A DNA stretch of 64,000 nt from Gammaproteobacteria bacterium (lineage in GTDB: Bacteria; Pseudomonadota; Gammaproteobacteria; Steroidobacterales; JABDKV01). The notes below the pieces were generated by a model. The model was not told the DNA's origin, did no database searches, and worked only from the letters and a program-made list of their open reading frames with translations. This document shows, piece by piece, positions 38,072-47,609 of this stretch; positions within the stretch are counted from its first letter, which is position 1; every line of letters begins with the position of its first letter. The stretch lies in contig JAHEKH010000002.1 of NCBI GenBank assembly GCA_024638445.1, forward strand, positions 4,172-68,171, written 5' to 3'. Both the position numbers and the translations under genes were made by a program.

Positions 38072-39724
38072 TCAGATATTGGTCGTGATCTCGCCGAGCT
38101 TCTTTGTCAGGAGCTGGTTTTCACGATAGTCGATCGGGATGACGACCAGGCTGGGCCCTTTCTCGGCTAAAGCGTCGTGCAGCGCGCCCTGCAGGTCGCG
38201 GCTGCGGTTGACCCGGTGGCCGTGCCACCCAAATGAGTCCGCGAGCTGCAGCCAGTCCGGGTTGCCAAATGCGAGATCGGTGTGGCGGTCGAACTCGGAC
38301 TCCTGTTTCCACGCGATCAGGCCATAACCGCCGTCTTCCCAGACCATCACCACGATGTTGCTGTTCAGCCGCCGGGCGGTTTCCATTTCCTGCACATTCA
38401 TCAGGAAGCCACCGTCGCCGCAGACCGCCATTACCTGGCGCTCCGGATCGATCAGGCTGGCCGCAATAGCGCCGGGCAAAGCAAAACCCATCGAGCAGAA
38501 GCCGTTCGGTATCAGGCAGGTATTCGGTTCGTGACAATGAAAGTGTCGTGCGATCCACATCTTGTGGGCGCCGACATCGGATAGCAGCAGACCGTTGGCG
38601 TCGAGCGCCTGGCGGGCATCCCACAGCGCCTTTTGCGGCCGTATCGTGCCTTCGGTGTCATCGTCCGCGTGCTCGGCGAAGTCGGCACTCATGTCGGCAC
38701 GGATTCGACCCTGTCGCGCGAGGTCGTAGTCAGGCACGCCATGCCGGTCAAATCTTTCGTTTAACATCCACAGGGTATGCGCCAGGTCGCCGATCAGTTC
38801 GACGTCCGGGTGATAGTGCTGATCGATTTCCGCCGGCAGGAAGTCGGCATGAATAATGTGCTTGTCGCCGTCCGGGTTCCACAACCTGGGATGGTATTCG
38901 ACCATGTCGAAACCCAGCGTAATGACCAGGTCGGCATCGTCGATAGCCAGCGAGACCCGGTCCTTCGAACCCAGGCCGATCGTGTAGAGGCAATAGTCGG
39001 CGTCCATATCGACGCAGCCCTTGGCCATGAAGGTCGAGACGACCCCGATGCCGGTCTTGTCGCAAAGCTTGCGAAGCTGTTTCGAGGCTCTCTTCCGGAT
39101 CGTGCCGTTACCGGCAATGATGACCGGCCGCTTCGCCCGGGCGATCGATTCGAAGGCGATATCCACGATCTTGTCGTCCGGAACCGAGCGGCGAAAACGC
39201 TTCGGCTTGAGGGGCTTTGCGCTGGTCTGGTGCTTGGCGACATCCTCGGGCAGCTCGATATGCACCGCGCCGGGCTTCTCCGTACGCGCAATTCGAACCG
39301 ACTTTCGAAGTATCTCGGGAATGGAGTCGGCGTGCACCACCGTTGTTGCCCACTTGGTAACCGGCTGGAACATCTCCACCACGTCCATGATCTGGTGAGA
39401 CTCCTTGTGCAGGCGGTCGGTCGAGCCCTGGCCGGTCAGCACCAGCATCGGCGCACGATCCATGTTGGAATCCGCGACACCGGTGATGAGGTTGGTGGCA
39501 CCCGGTCCGAGCGTCCCCAGGCAGCCCGCGGGATTTCCGGTCAGGCGGCCGTAAATCTCCGCCATGAATGCCGCACCCTGTTCATGCCGCGTCAGGATAA
39601 AACGGACCTGTTCCGATTTTTCCAGCGACATCATGAAATCGGCGTTTTCCTCGCCAGGCACGCCGAAGATGTATTCGAGACCTTCTTCTTCCAGGCATCG
39701 GACGAAAAGATCAGAGGCTTTCAT
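38072..39724 (-). CDS. Thiamine-diphosphate enzyme, acetolactate synthase large subunit-like (catabolic AlsS type)
   Basis: True start is ATG 39724 with aaggag upstream (MKASDLFVRCLEEEGLEYIFGVPGEEN). The ORF-track N-terminal extension to 40201 overlaps the aminotransferase. ThDP motif GDGGFLMN...N. Confidence 0.88.
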   Translation of the reverse strand: MKASDLFVRCLEEEGLEYIFGVPGEENADFMMSLEKSEQVRFILTRHEQGAAFMAEIYGRLTGNPAGCLGTLGPGATNLITGVADSNMDRAPMLVLTGQGSTDRLHKESHQIMDVVEMFQPVTKWATTVVHADSIPEILRKSVRIARTEKPGAVHIELPEDVAKHQTSAKPLKPKRFRRSVPDDKIVDIAFESIARAKRPVIIAGNGTIRKRASKQLRKLCDKTGIGVVSTFMAKGCVDMDADYCLYTIGLGSKDRVSLAIDDADLVITLGFDMVEYHPRLWNPDGDKHIIHADFLPAEIDQHYHPDVELIGDLAHTLWMLNERFDRHGVPDYDLARQGRIRADMSADFAEHADDDTEGTIRPQKALWDARQALDANGLLLSDVGAHKMWIARHFHCHEPNTCLIPNGFCSMGFALPGAIAASLIDPERQVMAVCGDGGFLMNVQEMETARRLNSNIVVMVWEDGGYGLIAWKQESEFDRHTDLAFGNPDWLQLADSFGWHGHRVNRSRDLQGALHDALAEKGPSLVVIPIDYRENQLLTKKLGEITTNI

Positions 39725-40944
39725 GTCAACTCCTTCGAATCGGAGGTCGTTTCGCGCCAGCGCCGAAAGGCGCGGCCGATCTGCCGCACGCCCTGCTGCA
39801 GGCGTTGCCGGTTTTCCACCAGCGCCAGGCGCACGGCATTTTCGCCCTCCGGGCCAAAACCCGCGCCAGGCGAGACGGTGACTGCGGCGTCTTCCAGCAA
39901 CCTGTCCGCAAATACCATGGACCCTGAATCCGCAAACTCTTCGGGTATCGGGGCCCAGACGAACATGCCGGCGCGGGGGCGGGGCACGCCGGACCAGCCG
40001 ATCCGCGCCAGTCCCTCCAGCACGACGTCGCGACGACCCTGATACTTGAGCGCCTGCGCCGCCGCTTCTTCGTCGCAGTGACGCATGGCGATGATTGCCG
40101 CGATCTGGATTGCCTGGAAGATGCCGTAGTCGTAATAACCCTTGATTGCACCCAGCCCGGAAATGATCTTGCGGTTCCCGGCGCAGAAACCGATGCGCCA
40201 CCCGGCCATGTTGAAGGTCTTGGACATGGTCGTGAACTCCACGCCGATGTCCTTTGCGCCCTTGCTGCGCAGGAAGCTCGGAGCACGGTAATCGTCGAAA
40301 CAGACTTTTCCATAGGCAAAGTCATGAACGACGATCAGCTCGTGTTTTTTCGCCAGCGGCACAATTTCGTCGAAAAATGCCTGATCGACGGTATGGGCGG
40401 ACGGATTGTGCGGGTAGTTGAGAAACAGCACCTTCGGAGCGGGCCGCAGCGTCCGGCATTTGCGGTCGAGGTCCCTCAGGAAAGCCTCATCGTCCAGGAC
40501 GTTGATGCCAACGTAGTTGCCGCCCGCCAGGACCACGCCGTGTGAATGGATCGGGAAGGAGGGCGCCGGAATGAGCGCTGTATCGCCACTGCCGATGAGA
40601 GCGAGGCAGAGATGGCTGAACCCTTCTTTCGAACCGATCGTCGCAATGACTTCGTCCGGCTCGAGGTCGACATCCCACTCCTTCTTATAGTAGCGAGCCA
40701 CTTCACGCCGCAGGTTGTAAATGCCCCCGCCGACCGAATAGCGGTGGTTTCGGGCGTCCTGAACGACTTCGCAGAGCTTGTCGACGATCGGTCCGGGGGT
40801 GGGATCAGTCGGGTTGCCCATCGCCATATCGATGACATCAACGCCCTCGCGGCGCAGCTCGTCGCGCCGCCGGTTGATCCGGCCAAACAGGTAGGGCGGC
40901 AGCAATGCCATGCGATCGGCCAGCCGGATGAAATCGTCGCTCAT
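39721..40944 (-). CDS. alaC: Class I/II aminotransferase, AlaC-like alanine transaminase
   Basis: Start ATG 40944. LPPYLF, DMAMGNP and VEFTTMSKTFNMAGWRIGF closely parallel E. coli AlaC as recalled. ATGA overlap with the downstream ALS-like gene. Confidence 0.85.
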   Translation of the reverse strand: MSDDFIRLADRMALLPPYLFGRINRRRDELRREGVDVIDMAMGNPTDPTPGPIVDKLCEVVQDARNHRYSVGGGIYNLRREVARYYKKEWDVDLEPDEVIATIGSKEGFSHLCLALIGSGDTALIPAPSFPIHSHGVVLAGGNYVGINVLDDEAFLRDLDRKCRTLRPAPKVLFLNYPHNPSAHTVDQAFFDEIVPLAKKHELIVVHDFAYGKVCFDDYRAPSFLRSKGAKDIGVEFTTMSKTFNMAGWRIGFCAGNRKIISGLGAIKGYYDYGIFQAIQIAAIIAMRHCDEEAAAQALKYQGRRDVVLEGLARIGWSGVPRPRAGMFVWAPIPEEFADSGSMVFADRLLEDAAVTVSPGAGFGPEGENAVRLALVENRQRLQQGVRQIGRAFRRWRETTSDSKELT

Positions 40945-41128
40945 TGTTGTCCTGTTGCGGTGCACCCCGGTAGGAGGAGGTTAACACTCCTGCCGGCGAC
41001 TGCGGGTGGAGCAGCAAAGCGTCATTTATCCGCCGCCGGGATGACTTAATTCTCCGGCGTTTCGACCGATACAGAGACCGAGGTGTCCCGCGCCTGCAAG
41101 GGCGTGGGCCGCGGCCGGGCACGTAAAA

Positions 41129-42079
41129 GTGCGAGAAACCCTCGAAAAAACAGGCGGTAATGGATTGATCTGGCCCTTTAAAAGACAGACCGTTCAGGAC
41201 ACCCAGGCCGGGCTGGTTCTGGATCCGGTGCGTGGTGGCTCGCTGGCCGTGGTTCAGCAAAAGGGTTCACGGTTGCGGCTGCGCCAGCTCGCGACCTGCC
41301 CGCCGCCGGCCGATGGCGACTGGCGGCCGGAGCTGGCCGGGCTGCTCGACGATTGCCGGGTGCCGCTCAACCTGGTCGTCAACGACGATACCTACCAGCT
41401 ATTGCTCGTCGAAAGACCGGACGTTCCGGCCAACGAGATAGCCGGTGCCGTGCGCTGGCGGATTCGCGAGATGCTCGACTATCCCGTGGAAGAATCCGTG
41501 GTGGACGTGTTCGACGTACCGCCGCAGGCCCGCGGCAGCCGCAACATGATTTATGCCGTCGCCAGCCGTCGCCAGGCCATCGACGGCCTGGTCGAGCAGG
41601 TCAATGACGCCGGCGGCACCATCGGCTGCATCGACATTGCCGAACTGTGCATGCGTAACATCGCGACCTGCCTCGAGCAGGACCGTTTTGGTGTGGCGTT
41701 GCTGCTGGCCCGGGGTCACCAGGGCGTGTTGACGGTCAGCCGCGACAAGAAGCTCTACCTGATCCGGCAGATGGAGATATCGGCGGAAGCCGGCGACGAG
41801 ACGGTTTCCAGCGTGGCGCTCGAGCTGCAGCGCTCGCTGGACTACTTCGAAAGTCATTACGATCAGCGCCCGATTCGCGACGTCGTCCTGGCGCCGTCGG
41901 CGGACGGCGTCAATCTCAGCCAGATGCTGGGTCGCGACCTGGCGGTGAACGTCTCGCTGCTCGATCTCAACGAGCTGCTCGAAACCTCCGAGGAACTGAC
42001 CGCCGAGGACCAGGAGCGCGGTCTGCTGGCCATGGGTGCCGCGATGCGGGGCCCCGAGGTGCTGGAGGCGGCAGCGTGA
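41129..42079 (+). CDS. mshI: MSHA pilus biogenesis protein MshI (PilM-like part)
   Basis: First gene of the msh cluster, PilM/MshI-like body. Start uncertain: GTG 41129 or an in-frame TTG about 40 nt downstream. Confidence 0.75.
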   Translation: MRETLEKTGGNGLIWPFKRQTVQDTQAGLVLDPVRGGSLAVVQQKGSRLRLRQLATCPPPADGDWRPELAGLLDDCRVPLNLVVNDDTYQLLLVERPDVPANEIAGAVRWRIREMLDYPVEESVVDVFDVPPQARGSRNMIYAVASRRQAIDGLVEQVNDAGGTIGCIDIAELCMRNIATCLEQDRFGVALLLARGHQGVLTVSRDKKLYLIRQMEISAEAGDETVSSVALELQRSLDYFESHYDQRPIRDVVLAPSADGVNLSQMLGRDLAVNVSLLDLNELLETSEELTAEDQERGLLAMGAAMRGPEVLEAAA

Positions 42080-42696
42080 AACAGAACATTAATCTCTACC
42101 AGCCGGCGACCCAGAGCGGCAAGGGTCTCGACAGTCGCCGGATGTTCTTTGGCTGGCTGGCGGTACTCGCCGTAGCGGCTATTGCGCACAACTGGCTGGC
42201 CTTTCGCAGTTCCGGCATGGAACAGGAGTTGCGGCAGGCACAGGCCAGCCTCGACGCGGCCGAAGCGCAGATGAACGAGCTGACGGCGTCGAGCATGGCC
42301 GGCACAGACACCGAGCTGGAGGCACAGTTGACCGAGGCGCTGCGTGACCTCGACCTGCGCGAGACCATACTCGGGCTGGTCAGTGGCGACACGGCGGGTG
42401 ATGTCGGCGGATTCTCCGCCCAGCTGCGGTCTCTTGCACGCCAGCCCGCCGATGGGGTCTGGCTGACCCGGGTTCGGGTCAGTGCACCCGGAGGAAGAAC
42501 CACCCTGGAGGGCCGGGCGCTCAGCCCCGAGGCGGTGCCGCTCTACCTGCGCCAGCTCTCTGGCGAGGAAGCGCTGGCGGGCCAGCGCTTCGATGTGTTT
42601 GAAATCCTGCGATCGGAAATCGATGGCGAGCCGGTGAGTTTTGCCCTCAATCGCCGCAGCGAGAGCGAATCCGTGCGTTTTGCGAGGGAACGATGA
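42076..42696 (+). CDS. MshI C-terminal-half equivalent (PilN-like, single TM plus coiled coil)
   Basis: GTGA overlap. NINLYQP N-terminus, TM segment, coiled coil. Corresponds to the PilN-like half that is fused in Vibrio MshI. Confidence 0.7.
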   Translation: MKQNINLYQPATQSGKGLDSRRMFFGWLAVLAVAAIAHNWLAFRSSGMEQELRQAQASLDAAEAQMNELTASSMAGTDTELEAQLTEALRDLDLRETILGLVSGDTAGDVGGFSAQLRSLARQPADGVWLTRVRVSAPGGRTTLEGRALSPEAVPLYLRQLSGEEALAGQRFDVFEILRSEIDGEPVSFALNRRSESESVRFARER

Positions 42697-43331
42697 AAGC
42701 CCTGATCGAAAAACTGGGCGCTCGTATCGATGCCTTCGCACCGCGAGAGCGCGTGGTTATCTTCATGGCGGGTTCAGTGGCGATCCTGCTTGGCTGGTAC
42801 CTGCTGTTTGGCGAGGCGGAGTCCGTCCGCCATGACCGCTTTCGCTCGGAACGGGACAGCCTCACTGTGCAGGTCGCCGACGTCCAGGCACGAATTGCGC
42901 AGCAGGTTGCGCCGGTCGATGCATCCGATCCACGCGCCCGGCTGGAGGAGCTGCGCAGGCGCAGCGCGAGCGTGGACGACATGATCCAGGACTACGCCGC
43001 GGAACTGATCAGCCCGACCGAGATGGCGCGGCTGCTGGAGCGGGTGCTCGAAAGACGCCAGAGCCTGAACCTGCACCGCATCAGTAACCTCGGGGCCGAA
43101 GACATGCTGCCGGACGATACGCCGGGGCAGCACCGGCTGTATCGACACGGGCTCGTGCTTGAACTGGAAGGCCCGTACCTGGCGCTGCTGGCCTACCTCG
43201 AAGATCTCGAGGCGCTGCCCTGGCGGCTGTACTGGCAGGTCCTGGAGGTCGATGCCGCCGAGTACCCGGTTAACCGGGTGCTGATCGAGGTCGCCACGCT
43301 GAGCCTGCACGAGGACTGGATCGGTGTCTGA
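42693..43331 (+). CDS. mshJ: MSHA biogenesis protein MshJ (PilO-like)
   Basis: ATGA overlap. TM plus coiled coil plus PilO-like C-terminus. Position in the cluster fits. Confidence 0.75.
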   Translation: MKALIEKLGARIDAFAPRERVVIFMAGSVAILLGWYLLFGEAESVRHDRFRSERDSLTVQVADVQARIAQQVAPVDASDPRARLEELRRRSASVDDMIQDYAAELISPTEMARLLERVLERRQSLNLHRISNLGAEDMLPDDTPGQHRLYRHGLVLELEGPYLALLAYLEDLEALPWRLYWQVLEVDAAEYPVNRVLIEVATLSLHEDWIGV

Positions 43332-43656
43332 CTTACTCACTGTTCCTGCGGGTCTGCTCGCGCTGGTGCTGGCGCTGCCTGTCGGAGCCGAAACGCTTTA
43401 CGACCCGATGCGCCCTCATAGCGCCCGGGCGCCGGTCTCGGTCCGGACGCCGCCGCCATCGGTGTCGGCCGGATTTGAGCTGACGGCCATACTTTTTTCG
43501 CCCGACCGTCGTGTAGCGGTCATCAACGGTAAACCGGTTTCCGAAGGCGAGCGGGTCGGCGCAGCGCGAGTAACGCGCATTGCGCCAGGCCAGGTCGAAC
43601 TCGAAACCGGTGGAAAGATTTTACGGCTTGCGTTGGTCAGGCCGGATGGAAAGTAA
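43324..43656 (+). CDS. mshK: MSHA biogenesis protein MshK
   Basis: 110 aa with signal peptide. LTAILFSPDRRVAVINGKPVSEGERVG motif typical of MshK and PilP-like proteins. Confidence 0.7.
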   Translation: MSDLLTVPAGLLALVLALPVGAETLYDPMRPHSARAPVSVRTPPPSVSAGFELTAILFSPDRRVAVINGKPVSEGERVGAARVTRIAPGQVELETGGKILRLALVRPDGK

Positions 43657-43672
43657 TTACGGGAGTCCGCGA

Positions 43673-45346
43673 ATGCGCTGGCAAACACTTTCGGTACCCT
43701 TGTTGATCGCGCTGCTCGCGGGCTGTGTCACTGCGCCGCCACGCGGTGATTCCACGGCCGAAGCGATCGAGCAGGCGCTGGCGGAGGCCGCCGAGACACG
43801 AGAGGTGCCGTCACCGCCACCCCGGATCAGCGACGCACTGCTGCCGCCGCCCAACCCGGTGGTGCCGGCCGCGGCGCGCGAACCGCGTTTCGACGTCAAC
43901 GTTAAGGCGACACCGGCCCGGGCGTTCTTCCTCAGCCTCGTCGAGGGCACCGACTACAACCTGGTCGTCCACCCGGGCGTTAGCGGGCGGATTTCGCTGT
44001 CGATGAAATCGACCACCGTGGCGGAAGTGCTGGAAGCCGTCCGTGCGGTGTATGGCTACGAGTTTCGCGAAAGCCGGAACGGCTGGTTCGTGCTGCCGGC
44101 AACGATGCAGACACGGATTTTCGAGGTCGATTATCTCAACCTGCAGCGGACCGGTTCATCGCGGACCCGGGTCAGTTCCGGGCAGCTCAGCCAGTCCGGT
44201 GAAGGTGGCGGCAACGTTACCGCCGCCGAAATAGACGATGGCCGGGATGGAGCCGGGGAGGGCCGCAATCCTCTCAACGGCAGTCATATCGACACGGTTT
44301 ATCACGCCGACTTCTGGGCCGAGCTGCAGCATACCCTGGTTGCCATCGTTGGCGTCGCGGACGGCCGGAGGGTCGTGATCAACGCCCAGACCGGCACCGT
44401 GGTGATTCGTGCGATGCCCGATGAGCTGAGAGCCGTCGAGAAATTCCTGCACAGCGTGCAGGCAACCGCGCACCGCCAGGTCATTCTCGAGGCAAAGATT
44501 ATCGAGGTCGAGCTCAACGACGCGTTCCAGGCAGGCATCAACTGGGCCGGCATTGGCGAGCGCGACAACGGCGACACCTTTTTCGGCGGCCTGGCTGCGC
44601 CGGACCAGCCGTTCCAGACGGACCTGGAAGACCTGGCAACCGACCTGATCAACGTCACGCCCGGCTCGCAGATCGTCGGTTTCGAGGGCAACACGCTGGG
44701 TGGCCCGTTTGCGCTGGCATTCAACATCGATGACTTCAATGCCTTTATCGACCTGCTCGAGGTGCAGGGCGACACCCGCGTCCTGTCCAGCCCGCGGGTC
44801 GCGACGCTGAACAATCAGAAGGCGGTAATCAAGGCCGGTACCGACGAGTTTTTCGTGACCGATATTTCGAGCAACACCGTGACGGGGACGTCTTCGGCGA
44901 CCAGCCGCGACGTCGAGTTGACGCCGTTCTTCTCCGGTGTCGCCCTCGATGTCACCCCGCAGATCAGCGCGGACGGCAATGTCACGCTGCATATCCACCC
45001 GACGGTCAGCGACGTCACCGATCAGCGCAAAGATTTGACGGTGTCCGGCGAAACCGACCGTCTGCCGCTGGCCTTCAGCCAGGTGCGCGAATCGGACAGC
45101 ATCGTGCGCGCACGCAGCGGGCAGGTGGTAGTCATCGGCGGACTGATGCGCAACTCAAGCACCGATGAACACTACGGCGCACCGGGCTTGTCGAGGATTC
45201 CGGGAATCGGCGGACTATTTCGCAACAAGCGCACGGTGTCGAAAAAGACCGAGCTGGTCATCCTGCTGCGTCCCATCGTGGTAGACGACGACGAGACCTG
45301 GGCACAGGCCGCCGGCGGAGCGCTGGAGCGCATTCGCGGTTATTGA
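43673..45346 (+). CDS. mshL: MSHA-type secretin MshL (GspD/PilQ family lipoprotein)
   Basis: ATG 43673 with gggag RBS. Lipobox LLAGC. C-terminal secretin domain (VLSSPRVATLNNQKAVIKAG...SGQVVVIGGLM...IPGIGGLF). Confidence 0.9.
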   Translation: MRWQTLSVPLLIALLAGCVTAPPRGDSTAEAIEQALAEAAETREVPSPPPRISDALLPPPNPVVPAAAREPRFDVNVKATPARAFFLSLVEGTDYNLVVHPGVSGRISLSMKSTTVAEVLEAVRAVYGYEFRESRNGWFVLPATMQTRIFEVDYLNLQRTGSSRTRVSSGQLSQSGEGGGNVTAAEIDDGRDGAGEGRNPLNGSHIDTVYHADFWAELQHTLVAIVGVADGRRVVINAQTGTVVIRAMPDELRAVEKFLHSVQATAHRQVILEAKIIEVELNDAFQAGINWAGIGERDNGDTFFGGLAAPDQPFQTDLEDLATDLINVTPGSQIVGFEGNTLGGPFALAFNIDDFNAFIDLLEVQGDTRVLSSPRVATLNNQKAVIKAGTDEFFVTDISSNTVTGTSSATSRDVELTPFFSGVALDVTPQISADGNVTLHIHPTVSDVTDQRKDLTVSGETDRLPLAFSQVRESDSIVRARSGQVVVIGGLMRNSSTDEHYGAPGLSRIPGIGGLFRNKRTVSKKTELVILLRPIVVDDDETWAQAAGGALERIRGY

Positions 45347-45360
45347 TACCGGAGCAGCGC

Positions 45361-46245
45361 GTGTATCTCGAACATTTTGGTTTTCGCGAGTATCCGTTTT
45401 CGCTGACGCCGGATACCGATTACTTCTATGACAGCCACAGTCACGGCGACGTGCTCAACGTGCTGCAGGTGGCGCTGCGGCAGGGCGAGGGTTTTATCGC
45501 CGTCAGTGCCGAAGTCGGGCTGGGCAAGACGCTGCTCTGCCGGCTGTTGCTGCGCAAGCTGGGCAAAGACTATGTCACGGCCTACGTGCCCGATCCGCAG
45601 CTCTCGCCGCGCACGCTGCGTATCGCGCTGGCCGAGGAACTGGGCATGCTGCTCGGCGCACGCTGGACCGACGACCAGCTGATGCGCCGGCTGCAGCGCT
45701 TCCTGATCAACGTTGCCGGCGAGGGACGGCGTGTCGTGCTGCTGCTGGACGAGGCGCACCAGCTGCCACCGGAAACCCTGGAAGCCGTTCGACTGCTGAC
45801 CAACCTCGAAACGGAAAAATTCAAGCTTCTGCAGGTCGTCATGTTCGGTCAGCCCGAGCTGGATCGTCGCCTGGCGGAACCCGGGCTGCGCCAGCTGCGT
45901 CAGCGTATCGGTTACCGCTGCCAGCTTTCGCCGCTGGATCGCGACACGACCGGCGTCTATATCGCCCATCGTCTTGCGGTTGCCGGCGGCCGGGCGGACG
46001 ACCTGTTTAGCGCGGGTGCCGTCAATGCCGTCTACCGTGCCAGCGGTGGTGCGCCGAGGCTGATCAACATGTTGTGCAACAAGTCCCTGATGGCCGCCTT
46101 CGGACGCGGCGATCACCAGGTAACGGCGCGCCACGCACGCCGTGCGATTGCCGATACAGCGCATTCAGTCGAAGCCGACAGCCCGCTGGCCCGGGTCTCC
46201 CGCTGGGTTACGCGCCCGTTTGCCAGGAACGGGAGGGCTGCATGA
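45361..46245 (+). CDS. mshM: MshM, ExeA-like AAA ATPase
   Basis: GTG 45361 gives MYLEHFGFREYPF (canonical ExeA N-terminus). Walker A AEVGLGKT; Walker B VVLLLDEAH. Confidence 0.88.
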   Translation: MYLEHFGFREYPFSLTPDTDYFYDSHSHGDVLNVLQVALRQGEGFIAVSAEVGLGKTLLCRLLLRKLGKDYVTAYVPDPQLSPRTLRIALAEELGMLLGARWTDDQLMRRLQRFLINVAGEGRRVVLLLDEAHQLPPETLEAVRLLTNLETEKFKLLQVVMFGQPELDRRLAEPGLRQLRQRIGYRCQLSPLDRDTTGVYIAHRLAVAGGRADDLFSAGAVNAVYRASGGAPRLINMLCNKSLMAAFGRGDHQVTARHARRAIADTAHSVEADSPLARVSRWVTRPFARNGRAA

Positions 46246-47609
46246 GCCTGGTCAACGAGGTGCTTACCGATTTGCAGACCCGCCGGGCGGACGGTCAGGC
46301 GCCGCTGGCCGGATTGCGTGCGGTAGACGGACGCCTTGTCCGGGTACGACCGGCCTGGCAACGGATTCTGGGGCTCGGGACCGTGGTCCTCGCACTCGGC
46401 GTGATCGCTGGCGGGCTGTGGTGGTATGCCGGGCAGTCCCGGCCGCAGCCTGCGGTTGCATCGACGACAAGTCCCGGTAACGAAACAGCTGATTCGGTGA
46501 CTGAAGCTGCGGCGATAGAAGTCAATGATGGTCCGGCCAGCGAACAGGATGCCGGCTTGCCGGCAGATGTGCAGGCTTCGACCTACCCGGCAGCAGTTGC
46601 CATAGCCGACGAACCGGTGATAGCTGCAAGACTCAGTGACGAAACCATCGCGCCGGAGACCACCGGGGTGGCGGATGCCGGTCAGGCTGCAGGCGGGATG
46701 GCTGCCACGGCCTTACAACCGGCCGGCCGCGAGGCCGCTGTTAACCCGCCCGTGGTCCTGGCATCGACGGCGCCGTTTTCCGCACCGCCAGCGAAACGAA
46801 CCCCGGCCAGCCCGTCGTCAGCAAGGACACGCACAGCAGTCGCGCAGAACGCACCAGCGCCAGCCAGAACGCCCGAGCCAGTTACGCAACAGCCGGCAAT
46901 CACGGGGGGGTCGGCAGAGACGCGCCGGCAACCCATGCTGCAGCTCGCCATGGCGTTGGCATTGCCCGAAACCGAATCACGGGACGAAGCGCCGGCAACC
47001 AGCGAAGTCGTCGCCATGATCAAGAGCGTCTCCGCGCCGTTGCCGCAGCGCCTGCGCCGTGAAGGCCTGGCCGCGCTGCGCGCCGGACGCGCCCGTGTTG
47101 CCGAGGAGCATTTCATTGAACTGGTCGAGGTTCAGCAGGATTCATCGGAGGCTCATTTGTTACTGCATGCGTCGCTGCAGGCGCAGGGACGGCAGCCTGA
47201 AGCGCGGCAGCTGCTGCTGGCTGCGCTGGAGCGGGTGTCGGATCCGGAGGTTGTTGCCCGGACTCTCGGCCGCGAGCTTTTGACCGAGGGGCAGATCAGC
47301 CATGCCGTGCGTGTCCTGGAGCGCTATCGCCCGGGTGCCGCCATCGATCCGGATTTCGACGCCCTGCTGGCGGCTGCCTACCAGCGTGCCGGCACCCACG
47401 CGGCGGCTATCCGGGTTTACCTGGCGCTGGTCGAGGCACGTCCGGGACACGGTGCGTGGTGGGTCGGGCTGGGAATCTCCCAGGAAGCGGACGGTCAGCG
47501 GGCCGCGGCGCGCGACTCGTTCCAGACCGCCACCCTCGCGGGCACGCTCGACGACGCACTAACCGCCTACGCACACCAGCGACTTCGCAGACTGGAATCC
47601 GGAACATGA
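46242..47609 (+). CDS. mshN: MshN (TM, Ala/Pro-rich linker, C-terminal TPR)
   Basis: ATGA overlap with mshM. MSLVNEVLTDLQTRR N-terminus. TPR repeats in the last ~170 aa. Confidence 0.75.
   Translation: MSLVNEVLTDLQTRRADGQAPLAGLRAVDGRLVRVRPAWQRILGLGTVVLALGVIAGGLWWYAGQSRPQPAVASTTSPGNETADSVTEAAAIEVNDGPASEQDAGLPADVQASTYPAAVAIADEPVIAARLSDETIAPETTGVADAGQAAGGMAATALQPAGREAAVNPPVVLASTAPFSAPPAKRTPASPSSARTRTAVAQNAPAPARTPEPVTQQPAITGGSAETRRQPMLQLAMALALPETESRDEAPATSEVVAMIKSVSAPLPQRLRREGLAALRAGRARVAEEHFIELVEVQQDSSEAHLLLHASLQAQGRQPEARQLLLAALERVSDPEVVARTLGRELLTEGQISHAVRVLERYRPGAAIDPDFDALLAAAYQRAGTHAAAIRVYLALVEARPGHGAWWVGLGISQEADGQRAAARDSFQTATLAGTLDDALTAYAHQRLRRLESGT

Noticed and set aside
38072-39724. Sulfoacetaldehyde acetyltransferase (Xsc)/taurine pathway interpretation, prompted by the TauE-family gene at 5384
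   Set aside because: The partner aminotransferase is class I (AlaC-like), not the class III taurine:pyruvate type. The ThDP enzyme has AlsS-like length and N-terminus. The TauE gene is 33 kb away in an unrelated operon.
38777-40042. 421-aa plus-strand ORF spanning the ALS-like and aminotransferase genes
   Set aside because: It is antisense to two genes with strong family motifs, is Arg/Gly/Asp-rich and low in complexity, and has no start context.
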